The notes under the pieces were generated by a model. It made no database searches and was not told the origin of the DNA. It was given only the letters and a program-made list of their open reading frames with translations. A stretch of DNA of 64,000 nucleotides, taken from positions 13,831 to 77,830 of the forward strand of contig JBIOEF010000002.1 in the NCBI GenBank assembly GCA_044445785.1, written 5' to 3'. Below are positions 10,190-19,584 of this stretch, piece by piece. Within the stretch, counting starts at the first letter, position 1; each line of letters begins with the position of its first letter. The stretch is from Caulobacterales bacterium. GTDB taxonomy: Bacteria; Pseudomonadota; Alphaproteobacteria; Caulobacterales; Caulobacteraceae. The translations under genes and the position numbers were made by a program.

Positions 10190-10573
10190 CTAGCAGGCGT
10201 AGTAGAAGCGGCGGACCACGTAGCGGCCGATGTAGGGATCCCACACCCGGCGATGGCCGACGCAGGTGTCGTAGCCGCCGTCGTAGTAGCCGCCGTAGTA
10301 GGGACGGTCGGCCAGCGCGGCGCCCAGCGCCAGGCCGGCGATGCCGGCGCCGATCGCCCAGCCGCCGTCGTCACCGTCGCCGTGACGCCAGCCGCCGCCG
10401 CGCCAGCCGCCGCGGAAGCCGCCGCCTTGGAAGCCTCCGCCGCCATGCCAGCTTCCGCCACCCCCGCCATGCCACGAACCGCCGTGCGGCGCCGCCTGGA
10501 CGGGCGCCGCCGTCGTCGCCAGCGAGCCGCCGAGGTTCAGAGCCATCAATCCTGCGGTGATCAATTTGCGCAT
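10190..10573 (-). CDS. Secreted Gly-rich small protein (127 aa)
   Basis: Signal peptide MRKLITAGLMAL, G/W/H-rich tract, hydrophobic GIAGLALGAAL, C-terminal Cys pair; GGAGG RBS. Confidence 0.8.
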   Translation of the reverse strand: MRKLITAGLMALNLGGSLATTAAPVQAAPHGGSWHGGGGGSWHGGGGFQGGGFRGGWRGGGWRHGDGDDGGWAIGAGIAGLALGAALADRPYYGGYYDGGYDTCVGHRRVWDPYIGRYVVRRFYYAC

Positions 10574-10698
10574 CCGGGACCTCCTACGCGTTCCCACGTC
10601 TGGGCTAGAGAACGCTCCCGCGCGCCATCGGCGCCGCGGAAGTTTCCCCGCCAGGATGCGGTCCGCAGCCTGAACCCAGGCTGAACAAAGCGTTAAAC

Positions 10699-11694
10699 TC
10701 AGCCGGTGAGGCTCACCACCACCCGGCCGCGCACCTTGCCATCGAGGATCGCCGCGCCCAGGCCCGGAACGTCGTCCAGCGTGGCGTCCACGCGCATGGC
10801 GGCCAGCTTCGCCAGGTCGAGATCCTTGGCCAGCCGCCGCCAGGCCTCCTCGCGGCGGGGCTTTGGGCACATCACCGAGTCGACGCCGCAAAGGGTCACC
10901 CCGCGCAGGATGAAGGGCGCGACGCTGCCGGGCAGGTCCATGCCCTGGGCCAGGCCACAGGCGGCCACGGCGCCGCCGTAGCGGATCTGGGCCAGCACAT
11001 TGGCCAGGGTGTGGCTGCCCACCGAATCCACCGCGCCGGCCCAGCGCTCGCGCGCGATCGGCCGGCCGGGCTCGGAAAGCTCCGCGCGGTCGATCACCTC
11101 TGCCGCACCCAGGCCCGCCAGGTAGTCGCCCTCGCTCGCCTTGCGCCCGCTGGAGGCGATCACCCGGTAGCCGAGCTTGGAGAGGAGCGCGATGGCGACG
11201 CTGCCGACGCCGCCCGCCGCGCCGGTGACCAGCACATCGCCCTTGTCCGGCGTCACGCCCTCGCGCTCCAGGGCCATGACGCAGAGCATGGCCGTATAGC
11301 CGGCGGTGCCGATGGCCATGGCTTCGGCGGCGGAGATGGCGCCCGGCAGCTTGACCAGCCACTCGCCCTTCACCCGCGCCTTTTCAGCGTAACCGCCGTG
11401 ATGGGTCTCGCCGACGCCCCAGCCGTTCAGCACCACCTTGTCGCCGGCCTTGAAGTCGGGGTTGGATGAAGCTTCCACCACGCCGGCGAAGTCGATGCCA
11501 GGCGTCAGCGGCCAGACCCGCACCACCGGCGAGCGGCCGGTCAGCGCCAGCCCGTCCTTGAAGTTCACCGTCGAATATTCGACGCGAACGGTGACGTCGC
11601 CCTCCATCAGGTCGGCGTCGGTCAGATCGACGAAGCGCGTCTCCTGGCCAGAGTCGGTCTTGAAGAGGCGGATGGCGCGGAAGCTGTCGGTCAT
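10699..11694 (-). CDS. acuI: MDR-family oxidoreductase, YhdH/AcuI (acryloyl-CoA reductase-like)
   Basis: YSTVNFKDGLA, PGIDFAG, GTAGYTAMLC, PFILRGV. Confidence 0.88.
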   Translation of the reverse strand: MTDSFRAIRLFKTDSGQETRFVDLTDADLMEGDVTVRVEYSTVNFKDGLALTGRSPVVRVWPLTPGIDFAGVVEASSNPDFKAGDKVVLNGWGVGETHHGGYAEKARVKGEWLVKLPGAISAAEAMAIGTAGYTAMLCVMALEREGVTPDKGDVLVTGAAGGVGSVAIALLSKLGYRVIASSGRKASEGDYLAGLGAAEVIDRAELSEPGRPIARERWAGAVDSVGSHTLANVLAQIRYGGAVAACGLAQGMDLPGSVAPFILRGVTLCGVDSVMCPKPRREEAWRRLAKDLDLAKLAAMRVDATLDDVPGLGAAILDGKVRGRVVVSLTG

Positions 11695-11745
11695 GGCGGA
11701 TCCTTGCGATGGGTGAGGGCCTATAGCGTCACCGGCCGCCCTGCG

Positions 11746-12561
11746 TCACCCCAGGCCGAAGCGTTCGCCGCGCTTGCCCTTCACCGCCAAGTCGACGGTG
11801 GCCAGGCGTTTCTCGCCCGGCACGCGCATCTCCAGCCCCGGCATCTGCATCATCGCCACGTAGTCGCCCAGGCTGTCCTCCAGCGCGCGGGTGAAGCCCT
11901 GGGCGTCCTGCGCCTTGTTCATCTGGATCTTGGCCATGCGCAGGGCCTCGGCGCTGTTCTCGGCCACCCGCCGCGCCCAGGCCAGGGTCTCGCGCTCCAG
12001 GTCCGCGCCCGGCAGCACGCGGTTGACCAGGCCGAACTTCGCCGCCTCCTCGGCGCTGATGAAGCGGCTCTCGAACACCAGCTCCTTGGCGCGGCGCACG
12101 CCGATGTCCCAGGGGATCGACATATATTCGACGAACCCGGCCAGGAACTCGGCGTCCTCGGCGGCGAAGACCACGTCCATGGCCGCCGCCAGCATCCAGC
12201 CGGCGTAGATGCAGTAGCCCTCGACCATGGCGATTGTCGGTTTGCCGAAATTGCGCCACTTCAGGAGCAGGTCGAGGTTGTACTTCTTGAACTGATCGTA
12301 GGTCTGGATGCCGGGCTTGGCGCCCAGGGCCTTGCGGTAGGCGACCGCCTCGGCCGAGCCCAGGTCATGGCCGGTGGAAAAAGTCCCGCCCGATCCCCGC
12401 ACCACCAGCACCCGCACTGCTTCGTCTGCGCCCGCCAGGTCGAAGGCGGCGTCGATCTCGTCCAGCATGCGGTAGCCCTGGGCGTTGCGCACCTGCGGGC
12501 GATTGAGCGTGATCGTGGCGATGGAGCCGTCGACGCCGTAGAGGATCTCTTGGAACGCCAT
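11746..12561 (-). CDS. Enoyl-CoA hydratase/isomerase family protein
   Basis: ITLNRP..RNA, FSTGHDL, KPTIAMVEG crotonase motifs. Confidence 0.9.
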   Translation of the reverse strand: MAFQEILYGVDGSIATITLNRPQVRNAQGYRMLDEIDAAFDLAGADEAVRVLVVRGSGGTFSTGHDLGSAEAVAYRKALGAKPGIQTYDQFKKYNLDLLLKWRNFGKPTIAMVEGYCIYAGWMLAAAMDVVFAAEDAEFLAGFVEYMSIPWDIGVRRAKELVFESRFISAEEAAKFGLVNRVLPGADLERETLAWARRVAENSAEALRMAKIQMNKAQDAQGFTRALEDSLGDYVAMMQMPGLEMRVPGEKRLATVDLAVKGKRGERFGLG

Positions 12562-12580
12562 CGCCGAACGCCGCGCGCGG

Positions 12581-13105
12581 CTAGTTCAGGGTGACGTGCT
12601 TGGCGCCGCCGCGGGTCTCCACGCGATGCATCACCGCCACCTTCTGCCCGCCGGCGACCGGGGTCGCCAGCGTGATCACGTACCACGAGCCGTCCGGCAG
12701 GCCCGAGAAGCTGAAGTGGCTGGCCGCGTCGCAGGTGACCTTGCGGGCGTATCTGGCGTAGTCGCCGGCCGGCGCCTGCGCGGCGTGGGCGCGCACGTCG
12801 TCGGCGGTGACCGCCGCCTTGCTGTCCGAGCCGTAGAGGATGATCATCCGCCGCCGGCTCCAGGGCGTCATCGGCGTCAGCACCACATCGCCGCCCTGGC
12901 AGGTGAACTTGCCGCCGCCGGCCGTGTAGCCCAGCTGCCCGTCGATGGAATCGCCGCCGCTCGCCTGCGACCAGGCGAAGTCCTGATCGTTGAAGGCTTC
13001 CGATCCGCCGGTGGGCGTGGTGGCCACGGTGGGGCCCGAGGGACCGTTGGTGTTGCAGCTGACCAGACCGGCCGCTGCGAGGAGGAGAAGAAGGGTGCGC
13101 TTCAT
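12581..13105 (-). CDS. Hypothetical lipoprotein
   Basis: MKRTLLLLLAAAGLVSC lipobox; beta-sandwich-like F.F.GLPDGSWYV. Confidence 0.75.
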   Translation of the reverse strand: MKRTLLLLLAAAGLVSCNTNGPSGPTVATTPTGGSEAFNDQDFAWSQASGGDSIDGQLGYTAGGGKFTCQGGDVVLTPMTPWSRRRMIILYGSDSKAAVTADDVRAHAAQAPAGDYARYARKVTCDAASHFSFSGLPDGSWYVITLATPVAGGQKVAVMHRVETRGGAKHVTLN

Positions 13106-13266
13106 AACCGCCTGTCCATGCCGGAAAGCGCGATCAGGCAAGGGTCAAGAGCCTGGCGAAGTCAACCCTCGATTTCCCCTTGGCGCCGGCGAGGCTTAAC
13201 GGCGATAAGCTGATCCCCAAGGCCGGCGAACGGCCGTTTGGATCAGTGCCCCAGGGAGATGATTTC

Positions 13267-14349
13267 ATGAAAGCCGCAGTCCTGCGCGAGGTGGGCAAGC
13301 CCCTTCAGATCGAAGACGTCCAGATCAACAAGCCCGGCCCGCACGAGGTGCTGATCCGCACCGCCGCCGCCGGCTGTTGCCACTCGGACCTGCACTTCAT
13401 GGAAGGCTCCTATCCCTATCCGCTGCCGGCGGTGCTCGGCCACGAGAGCGCCGGCGTCGTCGAGCAGGTCGGCAACGAGGTGCGCACGGTGAAGGTGGGC
13501 GACCACGTGATCACCTGCCTCTCGGCCTATTGCGGACACTGCGACCAGTGCCTCACCGGCCACATGTCGCTCTGCCAGAGCCCGGACGTGCGCCGCGAGC
13601 AGAGCGAAGAGCCCCGGATCACCCAGAACGGCGCGCCGATGCAGCAGTTCCTGAACCTGTCGTCCTTCGCCGAGCAGATGCTGATCCACGAGCACGCGTG
13701 CGTGGCCATCCGGCCGGACATGCCGCTGGACCGCGCCGCCCTGATCGGCTGCGGGGTGATGACCGGCGTCGGCGCGGTGATCCACACCTCCAACGTCCGC
13801 CCGGGCGAGACGGTCGCGGTGATCGGCTGCGGCGGGGTGGGCCTGGCGGCGATCAACGGCGCGGCCATCGCCGGCGCCGGCCGCATCATCGCCATCGACA
13901 TGTCGCCGGCCAAGGACAACATGGCCCGCAACTTCGGCGCCACCGACTTCATCAACGCCGCCGACACCGATCCGGTGAAGGCGGTGATGGATCTGACCAA
14001 GGGCGGCGTGCATCACAGCTTCGAGGCCATCGGTCTTGGCAAGACCGCCGAGCAGGCCTTCAACATGCTGCGCCGCGGCGGCACCGCCAACGTCATCGGC
14101 ATGATCCCCATCGGCCAGACGGTGACCCTGATGGGCGCGGCGTTCCTGGGCGAAAAGCGCATCCAGGGATCGCTGATGGGCTCCAACCGCTTCCCGGTGG
14201 ACATGCCGCGGCTGGTGGACTTCTACATGTCCGGCAAGCTCAAGCTCGACGATATGATCTCCAACCGGATCAAGCTGGAAGAGGTCAACACCGCCTTCAC
14301 TGAGATGAAGACCGGCCAGGTCGCCAGATCGGTGATCGTGTTCAACTGA
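13267..14349 (+). CDS. Zn-dependent alcohol dehydrogenase (class III-like), copy 1
   Basis: CHSDLH, GHESAG, structural Zn CxxCxxC...C, GCGGVG. Confidence 0.95.
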   Translation: MKAAVLREVGKPLQIEDVQINKPGPHEVLIRTAAAGCCHSDLHFMEGSYPYPLPAVLGHESAGVVEQVGNEVRTVKVGDHVITCLSAYCGHCDQCLTGHMSLCQSPDVRREQSEEPRITQNGAPMQQFLNLSSFAEQMLIHEHACVAIRPDMPLDRAALIGCGVMTGVGAVIHTSNVRPGETVAVIGCGGVGLAAINGAAIAGAGRIIAIDMSPAKDNMARNFGATDFINAADTDPVKAVMDLTKGGVHHSFEAIGLGKTAEQAFNMLRRGGTANVIGMIPIGQTVTLMGAAFLGEKRIQGSLMGSNRFPVDMPRLVDFYMSGKLKLDDMISNRIKLEEVNTAFTEMKTGQVARSVIVFN

Positions 14350-14380
14350 CGTCCTGAAAAGCAAAGCGGAGGAGGCGACC

Positions 14381-15469
14381 ATGAAGGCGGCCGTGCTGCG
14401 CGAAGTGGGCAAGCCCCTTGCGATCGAGAACGTCCAGATCGGCAAGCCCGGCCCGCATGAGGTGCTGATCCGCACCGCGGCGGCCGGCGTCTGCCACTCG
14501 GACCTGCACTTCATCGAGGGCAGCTATACGTTCCCGATGCCGGCGGTGCTTGGCCACGAGAGCGCGGGCGTGGTCGAGCAGGTCGGCGAGGAAGTACGCA
14601 CCATCAAGGTGGGCGACCACGTGATCACCTGCCTGTCAGTCTTCTGCGGCCACTGCGAGGATTGCCTCACCGGCCACATGTCGCTCTGCCGCAGTCCGGA
14701 AGTGCGGCCGGGTCCGGGCGTCGGGCCGCCGCGGATCTCCGACGCCGCCGGCCCGATCAACCAGTTCGCCAGCCTCTCGTCCTTCGCCGAGCAGATGCTG
14801 ATCCACGAACACGCCTGCGTGGCGATCCGCAAGGACATGCCGCTGGACCGCGCGGCGCTGATCGGCTGCGGGGTCACCACCGGCGTCGGCGCGGTGATCC
14901 ACACCTCCAAGGTGCGGCCCGGCGAAACCGTGGCGGTGATCGGCTGCGGCGGGGTGGGGCTGGCGGCGATCAACGGGGCGGCTATCGCCGGCGCCGGCCG
15001 GATCATCGCCATCGACACCCAGGGCTCCAAGGACAACATGGTCCGCCAGTTCGGCGCCACCGACTTCATCGACGCCAGTCAGGGTGATCCGGTGGCCCAG
15101 GTGATGGAGCTGACCAAGGGCGGCGTCCACCACAGCTTCGAGGCCATTGGCCTGGCCAAGACCGCCGAGCAGGCGTTCAACATGCTGCGCCGCGGCGGCA
15201 CGGCCAACATCATCGGCATGATCCCGGTGGGCCAGAGCATCAGCCTGATGGGCGCGGCGTTCCTGGGCGAGAAGCGGATCCAGGGCTCGTCGATGGGCTC
15301 CAACCGCTTCCCGGTCGACATGCCCCGGTTCGTCGACTTCTACCTCTCCGGCAAGCTCAAGCTCGACGAGATGATCTCCCGCCGCATCCGACTGGAAGAC
15401 GTCAACGAGGCCTTCGCCGAAATGAAAACCGGCCAGATCGCCAGATCGGTGATCGTGTTCGACGCCTAG
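14381..15469 (+). CDS. Zn-dependent alcohol dehydrogenase, copy 2 (tandem paralog)
   Basis: Same motifs; highly similar to 13267-14349. Confidence 0.95.
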   Translation: MKAAVLREVGKPLAIENVQIGKPGPHEVLIRTAAAGVCHSDLHFIEGSYTFPMPAVLGHESAGVVEQVGEEVRTIKVGDHVITCLSVFCGHCEDCLTGHMSLCRSPEVRPGPGVGPPRISDAAGPINQFASLSSFAEQMLIHEHACVAIRKDMPLDRAALIGCGVTTGVGAVIHTSKVRPGETVAVIGCGGVGLAAINGAAIAGAGRIIAIDTQGSKDNMVRQFGATDFIDASQGDPVAQVMELTKGGVHHSFEAIGLAKTAEQAFNMLRRGGTANIIGMIPVGQSISLMGAAFLGEKRIQGSSMGSNRFPVDMPRFVDFYLSGKLKLDEMISRRIRLEDVNEAFAEMKTGQIARSVIVFDA

Positions 15470-15481
15470 GAAGCTAACCCG

Positions 15482-15508
15482 CTCATCCCCGCGAAAGCGG
15501 GAACCCAG
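15482..15508. repeat. REP-like short palindromic intergenic element
   Basis: CTCATCCCCGCGAAAGCGGGAACCCAG hairpin; absent from the duplicated copy of this region at 18846. Confidence 0.65.
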
Positions 15509-15628
15509 TGCATCTTGCGCCATCGAAGTGAGCGGCTTCAGAGTCGCTCAAAACGGACCTCCCGATCGTCCGCTTGGGGTGGGAGGAGGGAATGTCTGTG
15601 GCTCCAGCGGCAAGCCGGTGGCGCTCAG

Positions 15629-17077
15629 TCATCCCGCGGCAGCCATCCTCGCCACGGCTTGCTCCCTTGCCGCCAAACGCAACAGCTTGCCCATGCTGTT
15701 GCGCGGCAGAGCCGGGACGTAGTGCACATGGCCTTGGGGGAAACCCGACAGCTCCAAGCGAAGCGCCGCAGACAGCTCGCGTGAATCGATCGGTATCCGT
15801 GATTCAATGATCACATGAATCTCTTCTTCGCCCCGCTCGTTCTGCATCGAGAGCAGGCAGACTCCCCTGACCCCCAGCGCCTCGCGCAGGCGATCCTCGA
15901 CCGGGGCCGGTGAGATCTTCAACCCGTTCATATTGATGACGTCGGTGAACCGGCCGTGCAGCGCCATGCGGCCATCCGCCCGGATGACGCCCAAATCGCC
16001 GGGGTAGAAGAACCCGTCCTTGAAGAAGGCCCTGGTCGCTTCCTCATCGTGCAGATAGCTGGTCGGACCGCCCTTCGTACTGACCCTTACGCGGCCGAGC
16101 TCGCCCCTCGGAAGGGGCTGATCGAAGTCATCGACGATCTCGACCGCGACGCCCGGGACCAGCAGATGCCAGCGGTGGTCGTCCGGCGTGTCCAGCGGTG
16201 TGTAGCCGAACGTCGAGGTCTCGGTGGCGCCCAGGCCGTTATAGAGCTGGGGGGTGATGCGAGCCTTGGCGGCGTCGATCTGGGTCTGGGTCAGGGTTCC
16301 GCCGGTGACGTTGAGGCGCATCGCTGGATTGCGCGGGAACGACCCCTCGGGCGCTGCGAGGATGGCGTCCAACATGGCGGGCGTGAGCAGCGCGTGGGTG
16401 ATTCCGGGATACAGCAACGCCAGATGACGCACGGAACGTTGATCGATGACCGCCGTGGCGCCGACCCACCAGACCGCGACCGCCGACTTGTACCCCCCTC
16501 CCGTCCAGCCGCCCATGCCGAACAGATTGACCACCGAGTCTCGTGTGACGCCGCTGTCGTGCACGCGACGGCGCGTGAACTCGGGTTCGAAGGAAGGGTC
16601 GATCAGCACATTCTTGTAGACGCCGGTTGTGCCCGAGGTCTGCAGAATGTGACCGCCGGGTTGACAGGGCGCCGCCGCGTCCAGATCGAGCGGCGCCTCG
16701 CCCTCGGGGTCCATCTTGAGCAGGCGCAAGCCCTTGGTCGCGCAAAGCTGTTCAAGGCCCTCCCAATTCTCCCCGACCGTGGTGACGACGAAGCGCAGGC
16801 CCGGCAGCCCAAGCTGACCGATGGCCTCCACGGATTGGGCGGCGATCGTGGTCAGTCCCAGACTGCGCAGCGCCGCACTGATCACCCAGAAGTCCACCAG
16901 ATGATGACTGGCGACCACGGCCACGCCCGGGCCGACACAGTCGCGCCTGGCGAAGAAACCCCGCGCAACAGCGATGAACTCGGCGAACGAGCGATAGGAA
17001 CAGGGTTGGCCGTTGACGACGATTGCGGTCCTGTCCGGCGTCTTGCGCGCCCAATCGAAGATTAGTTCGGCGATCAT
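15629..17077 (-). CDS. Class I adenylate-forming enzyme (AMP-binding ligase)
   Basis: TSGTTG P-loop, GATET, GDLG, GR.TDVI..NGLKISP, LPRNSMGKL; ATGA overlap with HExxH gene. Confidence 0.9.
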   Translation of the reverse strand: MIAELIFDWARKTPDRTAIVVNGQPCSYRSFAEFIAVARGFFARRDCVGPGVAVVASHHLVDFWVISAALRSLGLTTIAAQSVEAIGQLGLPGLRFVVTTVGENWEGLEQLCATKGLRLLKMDPEGEAPLDLDAAAPCQPGGHILQTSGTTGVYKNVLIDPSFEPEFTRRRVHDSGVTRDSVVNLFGMGGWTGGGYKSAVAVWWVGATAVIDQRSVRHLALLYPGITHALLTPAMLDAILAAPEGSFPRNPAMRLNVTGGTLTQTQIDAAKARITPQLYNGLGATETSTFGYTPLDTPDDHRWHLLVPGVAVEIVDDFDQPLPRGELGRVRVSTKGGPTSYLHDEEATRAFFKDGFFYPGDLGVIRADGRMALHGRFTDVINMNGLKISPAPVEDRLREALGVRGVCLLSMQNERGEEEIHVIIESRIPIDSRELSAALRLELSGFPQGHVHYVPALPRNSMGKLLRLAAREQAVARMAAAG

Positions 17078-18111
17078 CGCCCGCCAAACCCCCGCTGCCG
17101 CCAAGCCATCCGCTGGCCTCGCGCGTGCATGTACCGCTGAACTTGCGCGAACGCGGCGGCGCCGGCCGGGGTGAACCTCGCATGGGCCAGGACTGTCGCC
17201 AGTCCATCGTCGAACGCCTCCTGGCTGTGGCGCAGCTGATTGTGAGCCTGCGGGACTTCCTCAGGGCGCAATCGTCCTGAGCCGATCAGGGCTTCCAGAA
17301 CATAGATCATGCGCGCCAGCACAAAGGTGGCGTGGGCGACCCCCTCCATGGGGCGCGGCTCGCGGCGCAGGGGGGACGCGTGGCGTTCGTCGTCGTCGTT
17401 GTCGACCAACCGGCCGCCTCGCGCCAGGCCGAATAGGTAAGTGTGGGCGGTCTCGTGAGCCAAGGAAACGGCGGTCGTCAGTCGGTCGCAAAGCCGGTCC
17501 GCGTTGAGGATTTGAGCGCCCCACAGCGAAAACGTCGACGCCCCGCCGACCAGCAACCCGTCCGTTCCTCTCGCCACGCTGATCAGAACCAGTTCCCTGA
17601 TCAGGGCGCGAAACTCAGCGAGCACCTCGGGCGCGCCGTCCCGCAGGAGCTCCATGGCCGCGGTCACGAGTTCCGCAGCCTCGGCGAAAGCCTCGCCCTC
17701 GACCGGATTGATCTCCGCCAGGATGTCGCAGCCGACCAGTCGTCGGTAGCGAGCCGATTGGCCCGTCCCGAGTTGCCGATCATCCAGGTTCACAACCCGT
17801 AGCGGACCAGCCTTGGACGAGGTGTCGAGCAACTCGGTCAACAAGCTCTGGCCGTCGGCCAAGCGCTCTTCGAACAGGGCCAGCACCAGATCGACGTATA
17901 CCCCGAACACCCCGGGGCGAACCGGACCGGCCTCTATCTCCGCCAGCAAGGTCAGCCGTCGCTGTGGCGAAATCGCGAACCGGTCATCAAGTCTGTCGAA
18001 GATGGTCCGAAGGCTGTCCGCCAGACCGGCGCGCACGATCTTGTCCAGTCGCGCCGCTCGGACAGGGTCCGGCGCGAAACCATCCAGGCAGGGCTCGAAT
18101 ACGTCCGACAT
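17074..18111 (-). CDS. HExxH-motif peptide-modifying enzyme (alphaKG-HExxH beta-hydroxylase-like)
   Basis: LAHETAH followed by SPLRREPRPMEGVAHA, matching the HExxH + PxRxxxRPxxGxxHA pattern of this family. Confidence 0.8.
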   Translation of the reverse strand: MSDVFEPCLDGFAPDPVRAARLDKIVRAGLADSLRTIFDRLDDRFAISPQRRLTLLAEIEAGPVRPGVFGVYVDLVLALFEERLADGQSLLTELLDTSSKAGPLRVVNLDDRQLGTGQSARYRRLVGCDILAEINPVEGEAFAEAAELVTAAMELLRDGAPEVLAEFRALIRELVLISVARGTDGLLVGGASTFSLWGAQILNADRLCDRLTTAVSLAHETAHTYLFGLARGGRLVDNDDDERHASPLRREPRPMEGVAHATFVLARMIYVLEALIGSGRLRPEEVPQAHNQLRHSQEAFDDGLATVLAHARFTPAGAAAFAQVQRYMHARGQRMAWRQRGFGGR

Positions 18112-18182
18112 GGCGAGGTTCGTCGGCCTTTTTTCGAGCCATCGCCCCCCGGTCCGACGGACCGAACGGCCTGCTTGCGCGA

Positions 18183-18479
18183 TCAGCCGATCGGCTTGAT
18201 CTCTGAGATGGCGACCATAGCGGTCGGCATGCTAACGGCGGCGTTCGCTTTGATCTCGGAATTGAGGACCATCACGCGGGGAATGCGCACGGCGCTGGCC
18301 TCGGCGCCGATCCGCCGTTCGCGGATCGGTCGACCCTTGGCGGGCTTGGGCTTGGTCTTGGTTTCGGAGCTGGGGCCGGCTTTCACGCTCGGCACGCGTG
18401 CAACGCCGGTCTCGGTCTGGAAGCCGATCAACGGCTGGCCGATCAGGCGCTCGCGAAAAGGCGTCTTCGAAACGATCAT
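18183..18479 (-). CDS. 98-aa candidate RiPP precursor / small protein
   Basis: GGAGG RBS; same strand directly upstream of HExxH gene; internal repeats. Confidence 0.6.
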   Translation of the reverse strand: MIVSKTPFRERLIGQPLIGFQTETGVARVPSVKAGPSSETKTKPKPAKGRPIRERRIGAEASAVRIPRVMVLNSEIKANAAVSMPTAMVAISEIKPIG

Positions 18480-18620
18480 TTCACCCTCCACTTCGGCGGC
18501 GACGCTAGGAGTGGGTCATCCACCGGTCAAACGCATTCGCCAAAGAAGGGAATGACCTCTGTCAGAGCAAGTCAGCAGGCAACTTCTGGAGCGGGAGGAC
18601 CGCGCCAACCGACGGCGGTC

Positions 18621-18846
18621 ATTGGGCGCGGCGTTCCTGGGCGAAAAAGCATATCCAGAGTTCGTCGATGGGCTCCAAGGCTTCTCCCGGTCGACATGCC
18701 CCGGGTTCGTCGATTTCTACCTCTCCGGCAAGCTCAAGCTCGACGAGATGATCAGCCGCCGCATCCGACTGGAAGACGTCAACGAGGCCTTCGCCGAAAT
18801 GAAAACCGGCCGGATCGCCAGATCGGTGATCGTGTTCGACGCCTAG
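18621..18846 (+). pseudogene. Duplicated, decayed 3' fragment of ADH copy 2
   Basis: Near-identical to 15248-15469 with small insertions in the 5' part; no 5' portion of the gene. Confidence 0.9.
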
Positions 18847-19095
18847 GCGCGGGGCGGTGTCAGAGTCGCTCGAAGCAGATTCTGAGAGAGTCCTCTATGG
18901 GGGAAAGCAGACATTGAGGCGTTTTCGTCGGTGACCACCTCGATCGGATAGGTGGATACCGGACCCGCTTGAACTCACCCGAGCCGTCGCGGTCTGGTTG
19001 CGGACTTTGTTCCTAGCGAAGTACTTCAATTCCCCGCCGTCTCGGCGGTTGGCAACGAGATCATGCGCAGATCCCCGGTTCACGAGGCGCGTGCT

Positions 19096-19584
19096 ATGCA
19101 GGACCCCATGTCGACTCCTGGCGAGAAAGGTCGGGATGCCGACACCCCTGACAAGGTCCGTGTCGTCGCGCGGCTGAGTTCCGAATATGTGCTCCGAGCG
19201 CTGCGATTGTTGGGCGACCTCCAGGGCGGAGATATTCTGGCCGGGATTATCTCTCAGGCAATCGTCGCGGCGAACACGGCGCATCTTGACCTCGGTGCAG
19301 GCCGTTCCAACTACGCCGGTGTTGACGACACGCCCCCCGATGAACTCCGCAAGCCGATCAGCGTCCTAGCCCTCTCCGGCTCGCTCGGCCTGCCCTTCGA
19401 GACGACGCGTCGGTATGTGAACAAACTACTGAAATCGGGGCGTTGCAAACGCGTGAAGGGAGGTCTGATCGTTCCCGCCAGCATGCTCAACGATTCCGCC
19501 TGGATCGCGGCTGGCCAGGCTAACTTGATCAATGTTCGGCGCCTCATGCGCAATCTGAGGAGCGCGGGCGTCGCGGCCGAATGA
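19096..19584 (+). CDS. Hypothetical protein with HTH-like segment
   Basis: KPISVLALSGSLGLPFETTRRYVNKLL resembles a helix-turn-helix; start uncertain. Confidence 0.7.
   Translation: MQDPMSTPGEKGRDADTPDKVRVVARLSSEYVLRALRLLGDLQGGDILAGIISQAIVAANTAHLDLGAGRSNYAGVDDTPPDELRKPISVLALSGSLGLPFETTRRYVNKLLKSGRCKRVKGGLIVPASMLNDSAWIAAGQANLINVRRLMRNLRSAGVAAE

Noticed and set aside
10190-11362. 390-aa ORF fused to the Gly-rich protein
   Set aside because: The upstream part overlaps acuI in another frame; the signal peptide and RBS place the start at 10573.
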